DNA from: Rebecca billardiae RCC1528 | Lineage: Eukaryota > Protista > Haptophyta | Reading direction: 5' to 3' | Assembly: GCA_965240325.2 (NCBI GenBank) | Contig: OZ251224.1 | Span: forward strand, 248,001 to 312,000 | DNA length: 64,000 nucleotides | Shown here: positions 1-11,631 of the stretch, piece after piece | Position numbering within the stretch: position 1 is the first letter of the stretch | How the letters are laid out: every line of letters begins with the position of its first letter | Translations under genes and position numbers: made by a program | Notes under the pieces: model-generated | Seen by the model: only the letters and a program-made list of their open reading frames with translations | Told to the model about the DNA's origin: nothing | The model's database searches: none

Positions 1-200
1 GCAAGGACGCATCTGCCGTGCGGATGATGAACCCTGCGGACCTGCGCGTCGAGTCCCAGAAGCTCGAAAGTGTATTGCACGGCATGTTCGGCCTCGAGCA
101 CATCCGCGTCGAGGAGTACATCCAGCCGCCGATCACGTATGAGAAGCTGGTACGCTTCCTGACGAGTGACCGAGGGCCGGCAGCGCTTGTGCAAGGATGA
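1..200 (+). CDS. 3' end of an unidentified CDS (truncated by window start)
   Basis: Open frame from window start to TGA at 198-200 with host-like GC3-rich codons (..KLESVLHGMFGLEHIRVEEYIQPPITYEKLVRFL..); no family recognised. Confidence 0.45.
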   Translation, partial: KDASAVRMMNPADLRVESQKLESVLHGMFGLEHIRVEEYIQPPITYEKLVRFLTSDRGPAALVQG

Positions 201-613
201 GGCCTGCCGCCCTGCACACAGCGTGCGCCAACGAGGCTGCGGCAAGCAGCCGGGAGGCGATGATCAGCGATCTCCTATTGGCCCCATGCACTGCCATCCT
301 CCGCCGGCAGCCCGCAGGCGGCAGCGGATGACCGCCCGTGAAGCCGGCGGCGCGGCGCCAGCCTCCGCGCGCGCGGCCGGCCGACGCAGCGACGCCGCCG
401 TCACGATTGTTTTAATGTTCTAAGCCGGCCCGCGGGCGAGAAGTCCAAATCAATACGATTCCCATTGCTAGGGCAGTAGGGCACCCCGCCGTCGCGTGAC
501 GGCTAGAGCTTAGCTGTACGACGGTTCTACCGCGGCGCCCCGCGGTCCGCCGCGGTCCGGCCCGCGCGGCCCGGGACCGGGTCACCGAATTGATTATTGA
601 ATATTGATCACCG

Positions 614-638
614 ATCTCTCTCTCTCTCTCTCTCTCAA

Positions 639-715
<77 letters not shown>

Positions 716-736
716 CTCTCTCTCTCTCTCTCTCTA
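614..736. repeat. (CT)n microsatellite
   Basis: Directly visible, with a few interruptions. Confidence 0.97.
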
Positions 737-958
737 TGGGATTCAAAGGCACCGCGGACTCTCAATTCCCGAGAGAGCGGGACGGCGCACCTGATGGTCC
801 CGCTGTGCTTTCTCCCCCCTTGATTGAACCCCCTTGGTGCCTGTGACACGCCAAAGTGGCGGTGTGTGCCGTGCCGCCGACGGCAGAGCCCGTGGCCGTG
901 CCCGTCGGTCTGGCGCGGTCTCGGCCGCGGGCAGAGCCACGCTGCCCGCTCCGAGGCC

Positions 959-2062
959 TCAGGGGATGGACGAGCCACCCGCGTCCGTCTCGTACTCGTA
1001 GTCGTCGCGGCTGCGCGCCCAGCGCGGCACGTCCTCCGCGGCCGGCGCGGCGCTGCCGCCCGGCCTCGCCTCGGCCAGCCGGCCGATCTCGAGCTGCGCG
1101 TCCTCGGCCGTCGTGCGCCAGTAGCAGCTGAACGCGCGCTGGCCGCGCTCGTCCGCGGCGCCGAGCGGCCGCACGATGCGCAGCTGCTCGCTCACGTACG
1201 TGCACGCGCGGTCGACGCTCACGGTGTTGGTGCTCACCACCGAGCCGCCCAGCTCGAGCCGGCCGTACCGCTCCGCGACGCAGCCGACAGCGGGCGGCGC
1301 ATCCGAGCCGGGCTGGTACTCGGCCGACCCCTTGAGCACGGCGACGGCGTGGCGGCCGAGGTCCTGGTCGGCGATCACTTCGACGACCTGCGCGTTTGGA
1401 TCGCCCTCGCCGAGGTTCTGCCAGTGCGCGATGAGCGTGCACGGCGCCGGCTCGCCCGCCCCCGAGAGGCCCGCGTGCGCCTCAGGCCCGGTGGAGAGCA
1501 TCAGCTTCCACATGCCCAGCTGTGCGGCGCGCGCGTCGGCGGGCGCCACGGAGGGCGAGAGGCGCTCGAGGGCGGCGACGACGTCCGCCACGCGCGCCTG
1601 CGCCTCGGCGTCCATCTCGCCCACCGACGGCGTCTCCAGGTCGGTGCCGAGGAAGAGCAGGGCGCCCTCGAGCGCGCGCGCGCACGTGCCGGGCGTGCGG
1701 TCAACCGTGAACGTGTACTCGGACGCCTCGGGGTCGATCGCGCGCGCGAGGTACCGGCCGGAGAGCGGCTCGCCATTCACCGCGGTGATCACGTCGCCTA
1801 CGCTCAGGTCGGGCTGCCCGCTGCTCCCGAGCACGACGTTGTCGCTGTCGACCTCGATGCCCAGCCCGTCTGCGCCGCGCCGCACCGTGACTTCGACGGC
1901 ACCACCGGCCTGCATGACGGCGGCAGCGACGGGGCGAGGATGAGGCGCCACGCGCCAGGCATGGACGATTGGCCTCGCCGGCGGTGGCGCGAACGCCGTC
2001 ACGCAGTGGCCGCATGCGGCCGCGGCGACGAGCGCGCGGCAGATGAGCGCGCCGGCCCGCAT
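959..2062 (-). CDS. PDZ-domain + PAP/fibrillin-like protein, probably plastid-targeted
   Basis: ATG at 2062 gives a signal peptide followed by TAFAP (ASAFAP-like); PDZ motif GLGIEV...LSVGDVITAVNG; fibrillin-like VADVVAALE..P...LGMWKLM and TYVSEQLRIVR. Confidence 0.7.
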   Translation of the reverse strand: MRAGALICRALVAAAACGHCVTAFAPPPARPIVHAWRVAPHPRPVAAAVMQAGGAVEVTVRRGADGLGIEVDSDNVVLGSSGQPDLSVGDVITAVNGEPLSGRYLARAIDPEASEYTFTVDRTPGTCARALEGALLFLGTDLETPSVGEMDAEAQARVADVVAALERLSPSVAPADARAAQLGMWKLMLSTGPEAHAGLSGAGEPAPCTLIAHWQNLGEGDPNAQVVEVIADQDLGRHAVAVLKGSAEYQPGSDAPPAVGCVAERYGRLELGGSVVSTNTVSVDRACTYVSEQLRIVRPLGAADERGQRAFSCYWRTTAEDAQLEIGRLAEARPGGSAAPAAEDVPRWARSRDDYEYETDAGGSSIP

Positions 2063-2149
2063 GATGATTGCTCGTCGTCCGGCGACGTCCGACGTGTTCC
2101 GCCACTGTGGCCAAGCGGCACGATGGGGGACTGACTGGTCCTCCCTTTT

Positions 2150-3448
2150 ATGGCGCCAAGATGCGTGGCTGCTCGCGAGGACAGACGCTCCGCACCGCGG
2201 CGCAGTGCCTGCCGCCTGCGCCTGTCGCTTGCGGCGCTGCTCCTCGGTGCGCCGGGGGCCATGTGCTTTAACTTCACCCAACACACGACCGCGTGTGCAT
2301 CTCAGGGGCTCGTGTACGTGCACGTGGGCAAAGCCGGCGGCGGGACCGTCAACATTGGCCTCAAGGCCCTGTGCAAAGCCGGCTTTGTGCGCGAGTACAT
2401 CCAGGTGCACGAGTGCAACAACGCTCTGAGCACGAGAACTCTATCGGAACGGACCGCCTCGGGGCGCAGCGCGGTGAGCGCGCGGTGTACGTATTCCAGG
2501 CTCGGCGGTCCGGTTGTGGCGAGCAACTGGTCAAGCAGGTGTGCCTGCGACGGGGGGCGCTGCTGTGAGGTGCCTCAAGGGCGCTGCAGCGAGTTTCCAA
2601 CGCCTGTGCTCGCGCGCGGGGACGCGATCGCGACGGTGGTTGGCTCCGCGCCCATCGTGCTCTGGGTGCGAGACCCGGTAGCACGCTTTGCCGCGTGCTG
2701 GTCAGCCCACGTCAACATCGACCGAGCCTCGCTGAGTGAGCGGAAGAAGCGAGTGCGGGCCTCCCAGCTGGACGCCTTCTTCAACGAAACGAGGAGCACC
2801 GTGCAGCAGCGCAGCCCGGCGCTGGGCGCGGCGCTGAGCGTGACGGAGCTGCGAGCCGCTGATCTGGAGACGTGGCTCACGCGCTGCGCGGCCGCGCTGG
2901 ACTCGCCCCTGAGCGCGCTGGACGCCATGTTCAGCCACGTGCGGCACGCACGCACCGGCATCGCTCACTACATGGGCGGCATGGCCGGCCTGGAGCGCGT
3001 GCGCGGGCAGCTGCTATTCGTCGGCACGACCGAGCACTTCGAAGAGAGCTGGGCGGGGCTTGAGGCGGCCCTTGCGCACGCGTACGGCGGGTGTGGCAGG
3101 CTCCGGCTCCCTGCCCTGACTCACATGCACGACTCGTACAGCAAGGCGCGCGAGCGACGCCCGCTCTCAGCCCGCTCCGTGCGGCTGCTACGTGGCTACT
3201 TTGCGGGCGACCTGGCCTGCATCGTGGGGCTGGTCGAATGGGGGCTTCTGGCGCACGAGTACGCGGTCGAGGTTGGCGCCGCCGAGCCGAGGGCGGCTGA
3301 GGTGGTAGCCGGCGCGCGCACTCGTCGAACCGAGTATTTGTATGAGGAGCTCGCGATCCCTGCTACTCAACTTGATGATGGCAAGGACAACGGGCGACTG
3401 GCGGCCCGCCACCATACGAGCAGCGGCGGCATCGTCATCAGACGATGA
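2150..3448 (+). CDS. Sulfotransferase-family (Sulfotransfer_2-like) protein
   Basis: 5'-PSB-like VYVHVGKAGGGTV, 3'-PB-like WVRDPVARFAACW, and FVGTTEHFEES; N-terminal hydrophobic segment. Confidence 0.72.
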   Translation: MAPRCVAAREDRRSAPRRSACRLRLSLAALLLGAPGAMCFNFTQHTTACASQGLVYVHVGKAGGGTVNIGLKALCKAGFVREYIQVHECNNALSTRTLSERTASGRSAVSARCTYSRLGGPVVASNWSSRCACDGGRCCEVPQGRCSEFPTPVLARGDAIATVVGSAPIVLWVRDPVARFAACWSAHVNIDRASLSERKKRVRASQLDAFFNETRSTVQQRSPALGAALSVTELRAADLETWLTRCAAALDSPLSALDAMFSHVRHARTGIAHYMGGMAGLERVRGQLLFVGTTEHFEESWAGLEAALAHAYGGCGRLRLPALTHMHDSYSKARERRPLSARSVRLLRGYFAGDLACIVGLVEWGLLAHEYAVEVGAAEPRAAEVVAGARTRRTEYLYEELAIPATQLDDGKDNGRLAARHHTSSGGIVIRR

Positions 3449-3593
3449 CGAAGACATCAGCACGCAGCAGACGATGATCGTCAATCATCAAATCGTTGTG
3501 GCCCGGCCCGGCGGCGATGAGCGCCGCAGGGGTATCGGCGGCGCACGCTGCCGCCTCAGAGCGCCCACAGACTCCAGCATATATATACGTACG

Positions 3594-3596
<3 letters not shown>

Positions 3597-3666
<70 letters not shown>
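3597..3666. repeat. (AG)n microsatellite flanked by short (TA)n
   Basis: Directly visible. Confidence 0.97.
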
Positions 3667-3668
<2 letters not shown>

Positions 3669-4042
3669 GAGAGAGACGAGTGTATATATATACGCACTAT
3701 ATATATGTCAAAGCGCGCGCATGCACATTGCACACTGCGACGATGATGTATATATACTGTAGCTAGTCGCCATACGACGCGACGCGTGATAACTGACAAT
3801 GTCTGCAGACTGATGCGGAGCCTGCCGCTCACATCGCGCGCCTACTGCTCGGCCCGCCGCCTGCCCAGCCGCCCAGGGCGGACAGGCGGCTCCGCGTCGT
3901 AACCGTCCGGTCGTCGTTGAGCACAGGAAGAACAGGCAACCGCGGGCGCATCGCCGTCGAGCCCAACGGGAGCACGTACGGCCGTCGAGCAAGCGCCGGG
4001 CCGGTGGCATGGGCGCGGCGCCGCGGCCGCGCAGCGGGCGTC

Positions 4043-7000
4043 TCACGCGGCCCACCTGTAGTGCATCGCGCAGTCGATGAAGGTGTCGCGGCACGTGTGG
4101 TCGTGGCAGAGCACGTTGGGCTTGGCGAGCGCGTTGGAGCAGCGCGGGAGCGCCGCGTCGGCCGCCTGCTGCGCGGCGGCGGTCGGCCCGGGCTTGGGCG
4201 CCTTGCGCGCGCACGAGCCCACGAGCGGCGTCCACGGCCCCTGCAGCACGAGCGCGTCGCTCGGCGCCGCGCCGCACTGCTCGGGCGCGAGCAGCTCGAG
4301 CAGCTCGCGGTAGTTGGAGACGGCGGAGAGGAGCGCGGGCGCGTGCGGCAGCCAGCGGTCGTACGTCTGCCCGAGCGAGTCCTGGTCGATGTACACCAGC
4401 GCCGAGCCCGTCATGTACAGGTTCCACGTCGTCATGTCCTCAAACAGCGGCATGGCCACCAGCTGCGCCAGCAGCGAGGAGCGGCGTGCGGCGTGCGGCC
4501 GCAGCGCGAGCAGCAGCTTGAGCGTGAGGCCGGTGCGCGTGAAGTCGATCCGCCCGCCGTCCGAGTCGCGCAGCAGGTGCACGGGCGGGTAGTCCGCGCT
4601 GTCCACGAACAGCGAGTACCGCCGCTTGTGCCCCTTCCCCTTGTAGTGGTGCATCACCGGCCGCGCGCCCTGGCACACGTGCACGGCGAGCAGCGTGCGC
4701 GCGGGGGCGGCGCCGCCCGGGGCGCCGTCCTCGGCCTCGGCGGCGCTGCGGCCGTCATGCCGGACGACGCGCGAGCAGCGCGCGCCCGATCGGCGCGCGA
4801 GCGCCTGCAGAGTGCGCGCGGCCGACTGGACGTCCACCTCGGCCGCCTCGGCGCCGCCCTTCTTGCCCTGCGCCCGCACACGCGCGCGCCGCGCGCCGCG
4901 CCGCGCGCGCGCGCGCCAGCCGACGGCGGGGGCGCGGGCGAGTGCGCGCGCGCGTGAGCCGCGTGGCGCGCGCGGCGCGGCGCGCGGCGCACACGCAGGC
5001 GCGGCCCGCGCGCGCGAGAGCGCGCGCGCGCGCGCGCGGCGCACCTGCGCCGCGCGCGCGATGGCGGCGCGCAGCTCCTCGGGCAGCGCGCCGCGCAGCC
5101 CCTCGAGCTCGCGCGCGTCCTGCGCTGCCGAGTCTAGCTCGACGAGGGTGACGCGCGCCATGCCCAGTCGGTACGCCCAGCCCGTGACCTCGACGCCCTC
5201 CTGCGCGCTGAGCGAGGGGGAGGCGAGGGCGCCGAGCGCGGGCTGGCCCAGCGTCGGCACCACCGCGCGCGGCGGCGGCAGCGAGGTGCCGCCCAGCTTG
5301 GGCGGCGCGCCGCCCTGCGCCGCTCCCGCGCCCGGCTGCAGCGCGCGCGCCGAGGTCGGGAGGGCGCTCGCCCTGGCCGCGGCGGTGGCCGCGGCGGTGG
5401 CCGCCGCCGTCGGCCCGGCTGCGCTGCCGCCGCCGAGGGCGCTGCCGCCCGCAAGCAGCCGCCGGCGCCGGCCGCGCGCGCGCCGGCTGGACAGCTCGCC
5501 GCTCTGCAGCGAGCGCGGCGGCGCGCCCGGCGGCCGCTCGGCGCGCTCGGCGCGCGCGTCGGCACGGCTCGGCTGCGGGCACGGCGCGTGCGCGTCGGGC
5601 GCGTCGCCCGAGAGGAGCCCGCCGCCGTCGGGCGCGCACGCGGCGCGCGGCGCCCACGCGCCGATGTGCTGCTGGCACTCCGGGCAGGGCACCGCCGGCA
5701 CGCTCTCCGCGGGCCGGTGCGCGCGCACCGCGCGGCCGAGCGTGTCCGCGCGCGCCGCGCTGAGCGGCACGCCCTCCAGCCCGATCGAGAACATCTCCGG
5801 CGCCTCCCACAGGTCCTTGAGCACGGCGGCGGTGGGGCGCTCGGCGCAGAGGTGCAGGTTGGGCGGCGCCGAGGCGGAGGGCACGGCGGACGCGGCGAGC
5901 GCCGTGCTCAGGTACCCGACGCCGCCAACGTGCACGCCAGTGCTCAGCGGCTGCGCGCCGCGCCGCCGCCCACCGGCCGCGCCGCCGGACGGGCGCGCGC
6001 GCGAGGGGCGCGCGGCGGGGGCGGGGCGGGCGCGGGGCGTCGCGTGAGCAGCGCGCGCGCGCGCGCACCGCGCGCGCGCACCGCGCGCGCGCCGCGCACC
6101 GATCTGCGCGCGAGCACGATCAGCGCGCCGAGCGACCAGAACGCGTCGCCGATCCCGAGCGCCGAGAGCTGGCCCGGCACACGCGTCACGTTGCCCACGA
6201 CGCTCGCGGCGCGCTCGGCCGCGACCGCGGCCTCGAGCTCGTCCGAGCGGGCGAGCGCGCCGAGCGCGGCGGTGAGCGCGCGCAGCCCGGGCCCCTCGCG
6301 CCAGCGCATCAGCTGCGCCAGCGTGTGCACGCGGCACTGCCGCACCACGCCCCCGCGCTCGCTCAGCCGCGCGAGCTTGCTGTGCACCGCGCCGCCGCCG
6401 TCCTCGAGCGCCGAGCTGTCGACCAGCTCGATGAGGAAGGGCGCCGCACCCTCGAGCGCGGTGCGGTTGGCGGAGGCGGGCGCCTTGAAGAGCGCGCCGC
6501 GCGCGTGGGCGCGCCTGAACGCGCCGAGGTCGGCGGTGCAGCCCGAGCCGAGCGCGAGCGCGTCGAGCGCCGCGCCCACCTCCGCCTCCGTGGGCGCGCG
6601 CGCCGCGTGCGCCGCGCTCGGCAGCGGGTGCGACGCCCACCACGCCGCGGCGTCCAGCTCCGCCGCTCGGCGCACGCCGCCGTCCGCGGGCAGCTGCGCG
6701 TCGGGCACGAGCCAAGAGGGCCTGAGCCGATGCGACGGCGGCAGCGTGACGCCCGGCTCCCACCGGCTCACCACCGGCGCCGCCGGGTTGGGCGGCTCGC
6801 CCTGCTCGCACCCGGCACCGGCCGCCGCCGCCGCGCCGGCCGCGCCCGGCGTCGCCGGCTGCGCGCCGCGCGGAGCAGCGCCGCCGCCGCCGCCGCCAGA
6901 GCTCGGCTGAGCGGCAGCGCCCGCCCGCGCGGGCTCGCGCGCGGCGTGCTCGAGCCCACGCCGCTCACGCCGCTCCTCCGCTGGCGCGCCGACGCCCGCT

Positions 7001-7617
7001 GCGCCCTCGGCCGGTGCCGCCGGCCGCGCGGCACCGGCACCGGCCGCGCCGTACGTGCGCGCTCCTTCGGCCGCGCCGGAGCCGAGCCGGCCGCCCGCGG
7101 AGACCGAGGCGCCGCGGAGCGCGAATGCGAGGGCTACCAGCGCGAGCAAGACGACTGCGCACAGCACGCGCAGCAGCACGCACGCCGGCGGCCTGCGCGC
7201 CGCGGCCCGAGCAGCGCCGCCATCGCCACCGCCGCCACCGCCACCGCTGCCGCCGCCTCCGTCCGTGTCCGAGTCCACGAGGCGCACGGTGACCGGCTCT
7301 TTCGGGCTCGGGCTGCCCGCGCGCGGGGGGATGCACAGATCATACGCGCACGCGTCCGCGTCCGATGCGCCGAAGCGCACGTGCAGCTCGAGCGCGTGCG
7401 AGCCCATGTTCACCGGCACAATCTCCTGCCGGACGGCACCCGCGGCGGCTGCCTGCTTGCCGCGCAGCATGAGCACCGCCGAGCCGTCCGCGACGAGCTG
7501 GAGGAGCTGACGCGACGGCGTGTGCTCCAGCACGATGTGATAGCTGCTGCCATCGCGGAGGGCCACGGCCCACGCTCGCCAGTGTGTCAGGCCGTGTGCG
7601 CGACGCCCGGCCACCAT
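4043..7617 (-). CDS. Large 3-exon membrane protein: N-terminal FAIM-like domain, one TM helix, C-terminal kinase-like motif
   Basis: ATG 7617; GT-AG introns at 6099-5951 and 5044-4868 join the ORF-track frames; WAVALRDG..HIVLEH...AYDLCI resembles FAIM; TM VLLRVLCAVVLLALVALAF; EDMTTWN...LVYIDQD near the C-terminus. Confidence 0.55.
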
Positions 7618-9197
7618 TGCTGACGCGACCGGATCCGAGCGGAGTCCGGATCGAGCCACTCTGATTTACTGTAGGGGCCTCGGACGCGCGCCCCGCGCGG
7701 CTTTGCCTTCATGAGGGTGCGGGCGGGCTCTTTGATCATGTTGGTGAGCCCTCCGCCATCGGGGCGCGCTTCATTGCGCCGCCTTGCCTCGCGTACGGCG
7801 TTCCCGTCGTGCTCGCACTCGGACAAGGCTGCGAGCAGAGCGTACAGAGTGCCATCATGATTGCATTCGGCTCCGTCTTGCTCAGTGGCCACTTCCAGCC
7901 AGGCACGCGCTGCTTGGAAGTAGACGATTCGTTCCGTGCGCTCGGGCTCGTCGCGACACCGGCATGCCAACTCCTCACCAGCCGAGATCGGTCGGAGCGT
8001 GCGCGCGCACAGCAGTCGGACAGGCTGCCAAGTGTGCGCTGCGGTCAGCCAAGTGGACGCGTGTGAGTGTGCACTCTGAGCCTTTGCAAGAAACGGCCGC
8101 ATCAAATATTCTCACATACCACTAGACCACCGCGCAGAATGCGTCTGAGCTCGCCCACTTCCGCCCATTTGCAGTTCCAGCTGCTCGCTTTCGAGCCGGG
8201 TGCACGGGCGGTTGGTAAAAGCGAGCCCCAGGCGAGCGGCGAGAGAGGCGCGCGTGCATGGACCTGAGGCGGAAGTGCCCGAATGGCGTGAAGGTGCGTC
8301 CATCTGCCAAGCGCGCGACCGGCCCGACGCCGCGCCACGCCCAACGAGCACCACGCCTGTCGCCCCCCAGACCGCCTCGGCGGCGCCTCAGCCGTGCTGT
8401 CGTGCCCGCACAGTATGCGCGCGCTCAGCGCATCCCGCGGCGCGTATTCTGGGAAGGTCTGCGCCATGTTGGTGGGCGGAGGTGGACACCTGGGCGCCTA
8501 ACGCCCGATTCAGTCCGCAGTCCGCACCGGGCGGAGTGCCACCATTCTTGATGTGTGCGTGGTTTCCATCGGTTGCTTTACAATTCGCCAATTCGGGTCA
8601 TCGGTGAAAATAAATGCGGGCGGAGCGGGGTCGCGTTCGTCAGAACCGAAAGTTCAACTGAGCGGTTCACATGACCACGGACCATTTTTCAAGCTCAGAC
8701 CAAAACGCATAATTCGGGCTATGAGTACGGAGTGAGTGTGTGTGCAGGGGCGAGCCATGATTGTTCTCCCGCCTACCCATCCCGCAATTCACGACGGTTG
8801 GTTGCAGCGAATATCAGCCTTCAACCTGTTTACGGCCATGCAGCTTCCAGAAGGTGATGAACAAGTGGCCGGGCTGGGCTTCGACGAGAAATGCCGAATC
8901 CGTCAAATCTCGCCTTCGCGTGTTATTTCGCCGCGGCGATCATTGAATCGTCGGAATTGCGATCACTAATCAACGATATGAATTCCGACGATTCGTCGCG
9001 CTGGAACGGCGCAAATAGAGCTCGAATCGGTTGGTGGCTCTATCTCATTTCCACATTCATCCGAAGATCGCGGCTGAAAGCTAGCCGAGATCTGGATGGA
9101 GTGAGTACGATCCATCATTTTTACAGCGGTTCGCGCCACATTGGCGTTCGCCCTCGTTGGCTCAATCCACCTTCCAACCTTCGCCAAACACCACCCG

Positions 9198-10670
9198 ATG
9201 TCAGCGGTCGACCTCCTACGGCGGCGCTCGTCGCGCGGCGACGCGCGAGCGACACTTCGACTGGCCGAACGCTTCGAAAATGGCGACGGCGTGCATCAAG
9301 ACGACTGCGAGGCCCTGCGCCTCTACCGCGCCGCCGCGGACACCGGCCTGGCCGACGCGCAATTCGCGCTCGGCCTCGCCCACGCTGGTCAGCGGCTTGG
9401 GCTGACCGAAGACTACGCTGAGGCCGTGCGCTGGTTCTGGCGCGCGGCGGAGCAGGGCGACCCGCGCGCACAGCGCGAGATCGGCCTGTGCTTCAAAACC
9501 GGCAAGGCCGCGCCGCACGACCCGGCCGAGGCGGTGCGGCGCTTCCGCGTCGCGGCCGACGGCGGCGACGCGCGCGCCTTCTTCCACCTCGGCGAGTGCT
9601 GCGCCGACGGCCTCGGCGTGGCGCGAGACCAGGCCGAGGCGATCCGGTGCTTCCGCATGGGCTCGGAGCGCGGCGACCCGGCGGCGCAGTGCGCCCTCGG
9701 CTTCTGCTACTCGCACGGCACGGGCGTGCCGTGCGACCTGGTCGAGGCGGCGCGACTCTACCGGCGCGGCGCCGAGGCCGGCTACGCGGCGGCCGAGTAC
9801 AACCTCGCCATGTGCTACGAGCACGGGCACGGCGTGCGGCAGGACCCGATGAAGGCCATGCGCTGGTTCCGCCTCGCCGCCCTCCAGGGCGACACCGACG
9901 CGCAGGCCCTCTACGACCGCGGGCTGCAGCGCGGCAGCAAGAGCCACCAGCTGCTCACGCCGCCGCAGGAGCAGATGGAGGCGGTCGTCTCGCTCTCCAC
10001 CGCGGCGGGGAACGGCGACGCGCGCGCGGAGTGCATCATCGGCGAGTACTACGAGACGGTCGGCGCGAACTACGACCTGTACCTCAACGCCGGCGTGAGC
10101 GACGAGCTGATGGGCAGCCCGGAGGAGGCGATGGCCGAGGCCGTGCGGCTGTACCGCCACTCGGCCGCGCAGGGCAACGCGGAGGCGCACTTCAAGCTCG
10201 GCAACTGCGCCGAGCGCGGCCGCGGCATGCCCGAGGACCTGCCCGAGGCGGTGCGGCAGTACAGCGCGGCGGTCGACGGCGGCTCCGCCCTCGCGCACTA
10301 CCACCTCGGCCGGCTGACGCTCGCCGGCCACGCCGGGCTCCCGCCTGACGTGCAAAAGGGCGCGTGGCTGCTGCGCCGAGCGCGCGCGCTCGGCTGCACA
10401 CACAACGCACTCGACGCGCTCGCGCCGCTGGCGGGCGAGCGCGACGTCGCGAGCCAGGTCTGCGCCGCGTGCGCCACGGCGGACCCGCGGCGGCTACGCG
10501 CCTGCGAGAGGTGCCACGTCGCGCGCTTCTGCTCAAAGGAGTGCCTCAGCCGATCATGGGCGGCGCACAAGCCGCACTGCATGGCGTGGCGACGGGAAGC
10601 ACCCGAGTCGCCGACGCGGCGAAGCCCCGCGAGCTCCGTGAGCGGCTCCGTGAGCGGGCACAGCGGATGA
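9198..10670 (+). CDS. Sel1-like repeat protein with C-terminal MYND zinc finger
   Basis: Many SLR motifs (AQFALG..., EAVRWFWRAAEQGD, AQCALGFCYSHGTGV); CAAC...CERC..ARFCSKEC...W..HKPHC is a MYND finger; intronless. Confidence 0.92.
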   Translation: MSAVDLLRRRSSRGDARATLRLAERFENGDGVHQDDCEALRLYRAAADTGLADAQFALGLAHAGQRLGLTEDYAEAVRWFWRAAEQGDPRAQREIGLCFKTGKAAPHDPAEAVRRFRVAADGGDARAFFHLGECCADGLGVARDQAEAIRCFRMGSERGDPAAQCALGFCYSHGTGVPCDLVEAARLYRRGAEAGYAAAEYNLAMCYEHGHGVRQDPMKAMRWFRLAALQGDTDAQALYDRGLQRGSKSHQLLTPPQEQMEAVVSLSTAAGNGDARAECIIGEYYETVGANYDLYLNAGVSDELMGSPEEAMAEAVRLYRHSAAQGNAEAHFKLGNCAERGRGMPEDLPEAVRQYSAAVDGGSALAHYHLGRLTLAGHAGLPPDVQKGAWLLRRARALGCTHNALDALAPLAGERDVASQVCAACATADPRRLRACERCHVARFCSKECLSRSWAAHKPHCMAWRREAPESPTRRSPASSVSGSVSGHSG

Positions 10671-11239
10671 GGTGGTCACCTCTTCCCATTGGCCCGCACA
10701 GCATCATCCCGACGCCTCCCGACCGAGTCTCGTGGCGGCAGGCGGGCGCACAACTGGCCCGTGTTTTATTTCTACGAGAGCCCCCAACGGCTACTCCGCT
10801 ACTCGGCGACATTCGCCAAAACCGGGTCCGGTGGTAAAATAATGGCGGCTTGCCCGCTGGTGGTTGGTGCCGGCGCGATTGCGGAGTAGGGATGGCACGT
10901 CCGGTTGGCGGTTGGCGCATGTTCGTACTAGGGCGCTGAGCTGTAGCGAACTAGGTAGAGTAGCCGGTGTTGCCAACAGGCACAGCCAAGCCGCAAGTGT
11001 CTGCCACTACTCACTTACACTAGGCAGTGCTGCAGTGCTTCGGCAGCCTTGCCATGGTGCTTCGCCACTTGACTGAGTTGACACAGACGGTCACCCACCC
11101 GTCCGCTGCAGCTCCCTACATCAACGATCAACTCATCAATAAGGCGGCTCCGCCCTGCCGCTGGGCCTGGTATTGAAAAATACCCGCAGCTATTCGCGGT
11201 TGCCAGCCGGCCTGATTTCATAGTCACTGAGCTCAAAAT

Positions 11240-11242
<3 letters not shown>

Positions 11243-11286
<44 letters not shown>
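11243..11286. repeat. (AT)n microsatellite
   Basis: Directly visible. Confidence 0.97.
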
Positions 11287-11289
<3 letters not shown>

Positions 11290-11631
11290 CAGACTTTTTC
11301 CCCCCTTTACTCTAACGGGCTCCGGGTGATCAGGCTGGCGGCCGAAGCCTCCAGCCCTACCCTGCCGCTGGGGGCTGGCCAAGTGGCGGCGGAGCGAGTG
11401 TAGCTGGTATCGTTTGCAGCCCATCGGTCGTTCAGCAATCCTGGTTCAACCAAACGGGACCATCGTTCAACAACTGACACGGGCGCGACGCAGCCAAGGC
11501 AGAGTGCTTGCAGCTCGCAGCGGCGCCCGCAACTGCGGTTCAGTGCCGCCGCGGCGCGGCGATCGTCACACCGCCGTGCGCTGCGCCACCCGTCCCAGAA
11601 AGCCCCTGAGCCCGTCTTCGGCTCAGCGGGC

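Noticed and set aside
412-846. ORFs with (ER)n/(LS)n runs (also 3342-3832, 11239-11424, 15058-15469)
   Set aside because: These are translations of microsatellites.
7587-8105. ARTLRPISAGEEL resembling a SET-domain C-terminal motif
   Set aside because: The motif is isolated, lacks the NH(S)C box and the terminal Tyr; at best a decayed fragment.
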